DNA of 64,000 nt from the human T2T-CHM13v2.0 reference genome, Homo sapiens, in assembly GCF_009914755.1 (NCBI RefSeq), contig NC_060936.1; one strand, given 5' to 3'. Numbering within the stretch: the stretch's first letter is position 1; each line of letters opens with the position of its first letter. Shown piece by piece: positions 59,995 to 64,000 of the stretch. The notes under the pieces were generated by a model, which saw nothing but the letters and a program-made list of their open reading frames with translations, was not told the DNA's origin and searched no databases. Position numbers and translations under genes: made by a program.

Positions 59995-62174
59995 AATACA
60001 AGTGATATTTATTGAATAATTTTTTTTAATCTCAGCATTTTTCCTCTGGAGGTGTGGGTTTTACAGCATTCTGGAAAGCTAAAGACAGGCGTTATTCAGG
60101 GACCTCTGAGTATCAACTTTGCATTCTGTCTGCACCGTGGAATGCTTCATCTGCATTCTGTGTGGTTACCTCTCTTCTGAGTTTCTGTATCCTTAGCTAC
60201 TTAAATCAGAAACTTAGAGTGGGGATGTGAGTGGCCTCTTGTAGCCAATCCATCTGAAACACGGCCTCTCATCTCTTTTCTTTTCTTTCTTCTTTTTTTT
60301 TGCTGACCTCAAGGAGATTTAGACTAGACTACTGCACGTTAAATAGCAATATAATATTTGAATGGATAGAGGCAGAAATAAATTGATTACTTCTACCTCC
60401 TGTTGACTACTCCATAATATCATTACGTTATAGGCATTGGACTGGGCACTCACATGGTGAGTGATAAATGCATTGAACACTCCTTAAGATAGCAGTAAGC
60501 AATAATAATGAAAGGATGGACACAGTAAATGTTCTTTGATGATGGTCTAGGTGGTGGCAATATCATTCTTGCGGCTTATAAGATGCCTCAGGGTTCTTGA
60601 CCTTGAATGCCCTTCTAGGATAGGAGGGTTTTGGTGATGATTAAATTATAAAGGTCCTTTAGTGGAATTTGACTGACTACATTCCAACAGCAGAGTAATA
60701 GTATATAAGAGCTACGGATGTTCAGATCCACTGTTAAGGTGGTATCTCAGAGCACATTCTGATATGTTTTAATATTTCTGTGAGAGAAAAATGGAAGTAA
60801 ATTGAGAATCGAGTATACTTCCTCTTCCCATACCTAGTAGTTTGGAGATGACTTGTGTTCTTGCTCATCCTGTTTTTTCTCACAGGTACATAATTAGATT
60901 AAATTAGAAACATAACAATGAGTTGTGTAAAGGATACTCATAGGACTCAGCTTCTACTAGAGCTCATGGCATTCTATCAGACCATCTAATCCTGCCTTTA
61001 GGAACATAAGATCTGTTTGCGTGCTGACAGGGCTACTTTCCTTAGCATAGCATCATCTTGTTATAAGAAGACGAAAGTAAAAGGTAAGTTGTATACACGT
61101 TTCCATTTCCTCAAAGTGAAAAACCAGGTGGTTGTATTTCTTGGGCTTCCCTTCTCCAAGCCCTTGTAGAAAGAGTTTGTTTTTACATTTGTTGTTAGAG
61201 TAAGACAGCCAGGATTGTTCCTTGCTAACTTCATTAATAACTAACAAAATTACATATGAATTTACCTTTTGACCCAGCAATTCAGTTTCCAGGAATCCAC
61301 CTAACGCACACTTCCAATAATAAAAAAATGCATTTGCACCAACTTATTAACTGCAGCATTGTTTGTAACTGAAAAATGCTGGAAAAAATCTAAATGCCCC
61401 TACACAGGAGAGTGGTTGAATAAACTATAGCACATCCATAAAGTGTAGTACTGTGCAGCTGCAAAAGGGAACAAGAAAGATGTTTACGAATTGATATGGA
61501 GTGATTTCCAGGGTATACTGATGGGTGGAAAAAGTATAAAATAAAACCTATGTCAATAAACATGTGAAAAGATGCTCAACATTATTAATCATTAGGTAAA
61601 TGCAAATCAAAATGACAATGCGATACCACATCCACCCACTAGGATGGCTATAAACAAACAAACGAAACAGAAAATAACAAGTCTTAGTGAGAATGTGGAG
61701 AAACTGGAATCCTGTACATTGCTGGTAAAATTGTAAAATGGTACAGTTACTGTGGAAAATGGTTTGGTGGCTCCTCAGAAAGTTAAATAGAATTATCCTA
61801 TGACCCCAGCAATTCTACTCCTAGGTATATACCCCAAAATATTGAAGACAGATATTCAAAGATGCATATATAATGTTCATAACAGCACTATTCACAATAG
61901 CCAGAAGGTGGAAACAGCCCAAATGTCCATCAGCTGATAGAAAGATAAACAAAATGTAGTATATCCATTCAGTGGAATATTATTCAGCCATAAAAAGGAA
62001 TGAAGTACTTACACATGCTATAATGTGAATGAACCTTGGAAACATTATGTTAAATGAAAGAAACCAAATATAAAAAGGTCACATATTATTATGATTCCAT
62101 CTATATGAAATTACCCAGATAGGTGAATCCATAGAGACAGAAAACAGACTAGTCATCGCCAGGGCTATAGGTAG

Positions 62175-62661
<487 letters not shown>

Positions 62662-63540
62662 TGAACCTCAAAAGAGAGAGAGAATATCGATAGTGTACTA
62701 CCTTTCATGGAAGAATAAAAGGGGAGATAAAATATGCATGTATCTGCTCACTTATGGAAAATAACTGTTTACAAAAATAGGTGCAGTGAGATTTGGTTAT
62801 TCAGAGTTTGAGAATGAGATGGAAAGAAGAAGTGGAATGGGGTAGTGGTTGTGGGGTGACATGGACTAGATAAACTTCTTGTATATCTCTGACTCTTAGA
62901 ACCAGGGAATGAACCACAAAGTGCCCCCTACCCTGTCCAAATAATTAAAATCTACAGGATATGGGAGGAGCCCAATTAGAATGCAAAGGGTAACAAGTGG
63001 ATCTAACTGTACTACAAATGAATATCATAACCATACTTAAAGAGTTGGGGAAGAACCAACTAAGTTTGGAAAACAGTATTTTGACCGTACAATATAAAGC
63101 TAAAGACATAAAGAACTGTACAAAAATATATACTCTAGTTGGTAAATTTGTTTCCACAGACAGAGGCATGGGTTAGCAACTCTGAGACTACTTTATGTAT
63201 GTATTAGGATTGAGCAAATAAGTAAAGTGTTCTTTAGAGAAATAATCAATTCCAGGAAATATATAAGATGAGCCTGAACGTTTTGTGGTGCCAGAAACTA
63301 AGGAAGTACTAAAAAATGATGGAGTATGTGAAAATGACACAGGAGCCATATCGAAGGAGGTCCCAGTGAAATTTGGGACAAGGTATGCTAAAGAATGGAT
63401 AATCATAGTAATGGATTATAACCCATAAAACACAATAAATGTTCCTGAGTCCATACTGATATAAACAAGTAAATGAATAAGTAAATAAATTAATGAAGCG
63501 AAGGGCCAGCTCTTCTTTAATAAATATAGAAGGAATAGAA

Positions 63541-63780
63541 CATCCTGGCTAACACGGTGAAACCCCGTCTCTACTAAAAAAAATACAAAAAATTAGCTGG
63601 GCGTGGTGGCGGGCGCCTGTAGTCCCAGCTACTCGGGAGGCTGAGGCAGGAGAAAGGCGTGAACCAGGAGGCGGAGCTTGCAGTGAGCTGAGATCACCCA
63701 CTGCACTCCAGCCTGGGCAACAGAGCGAGACTCTGTCTCAAAAAAAAAAATAAAATAAAATAAAAATAAAAATAAATAAA
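63541..63780 (+). mobile_element. 5'-truncated AluY
   Basis: catcctggctaacacgg, ggagcttgcag diagnostics; TSD aataaatatagaagg. Confidence 0.93.
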
Positions 63781-64000
63781 TAAATATAGAAGGCAGGATG
63801 GAAATGGAAAGTCACCATTAGCAAAGACAGGAATCAATATACACTAATAGTACTGAGAGAAGTTGTGTTAAGAAACAGGGCATTTGCATGATCTCAAAGT
63901 ATCTCCCCATAAGATACTTTTAGTTACAAAGGGAAAAGCAGTAGCCTTATAGAGATGAAACCTGTCAACTACCACAGAATCAAGTGACCAAAGTTAACTT

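Overview
This is primate (very probably human, 12q15) genomic DNA containing the complete BEST3 (bestrophin-3, Ca2+-activated anion channel family) gene on the minus strand. I reconstructed nine coding exons with canonical GT-AG junctions (152+95+234+155+78+153+81+152+907 = 2007 nt = 668 aa + stop), an upstream non-coding exon near 52.0-52.2 kb and a poly(A) signal at 6554-6559. The rest is intronic or flanking DNA dense in Alu, MIR, L2, old L1, hAT-Charlie elements and LTRs; nearly all other listed ORFs are Alu or chance artefacts. I found no new multi-gene system. The most interesting signals are BEST3's hidden isoform architecture: two phase-compatible alternative terminal exons, a candidate internal promoter with a perfect donor, two acceptor-like elements in the 3' UTR, and an exon 7/8 junction that regenerates a donor over the Ca2+-clasp exon. 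Also notable are muscle-type MEF2/E-box clusters, a 109-bp tandem duplication and a GGAA microsatellite near the promoter. Some of these isoforms may already be annotated; I could not check. Repeat boundaries and subfamily names are read by eye and approximate.
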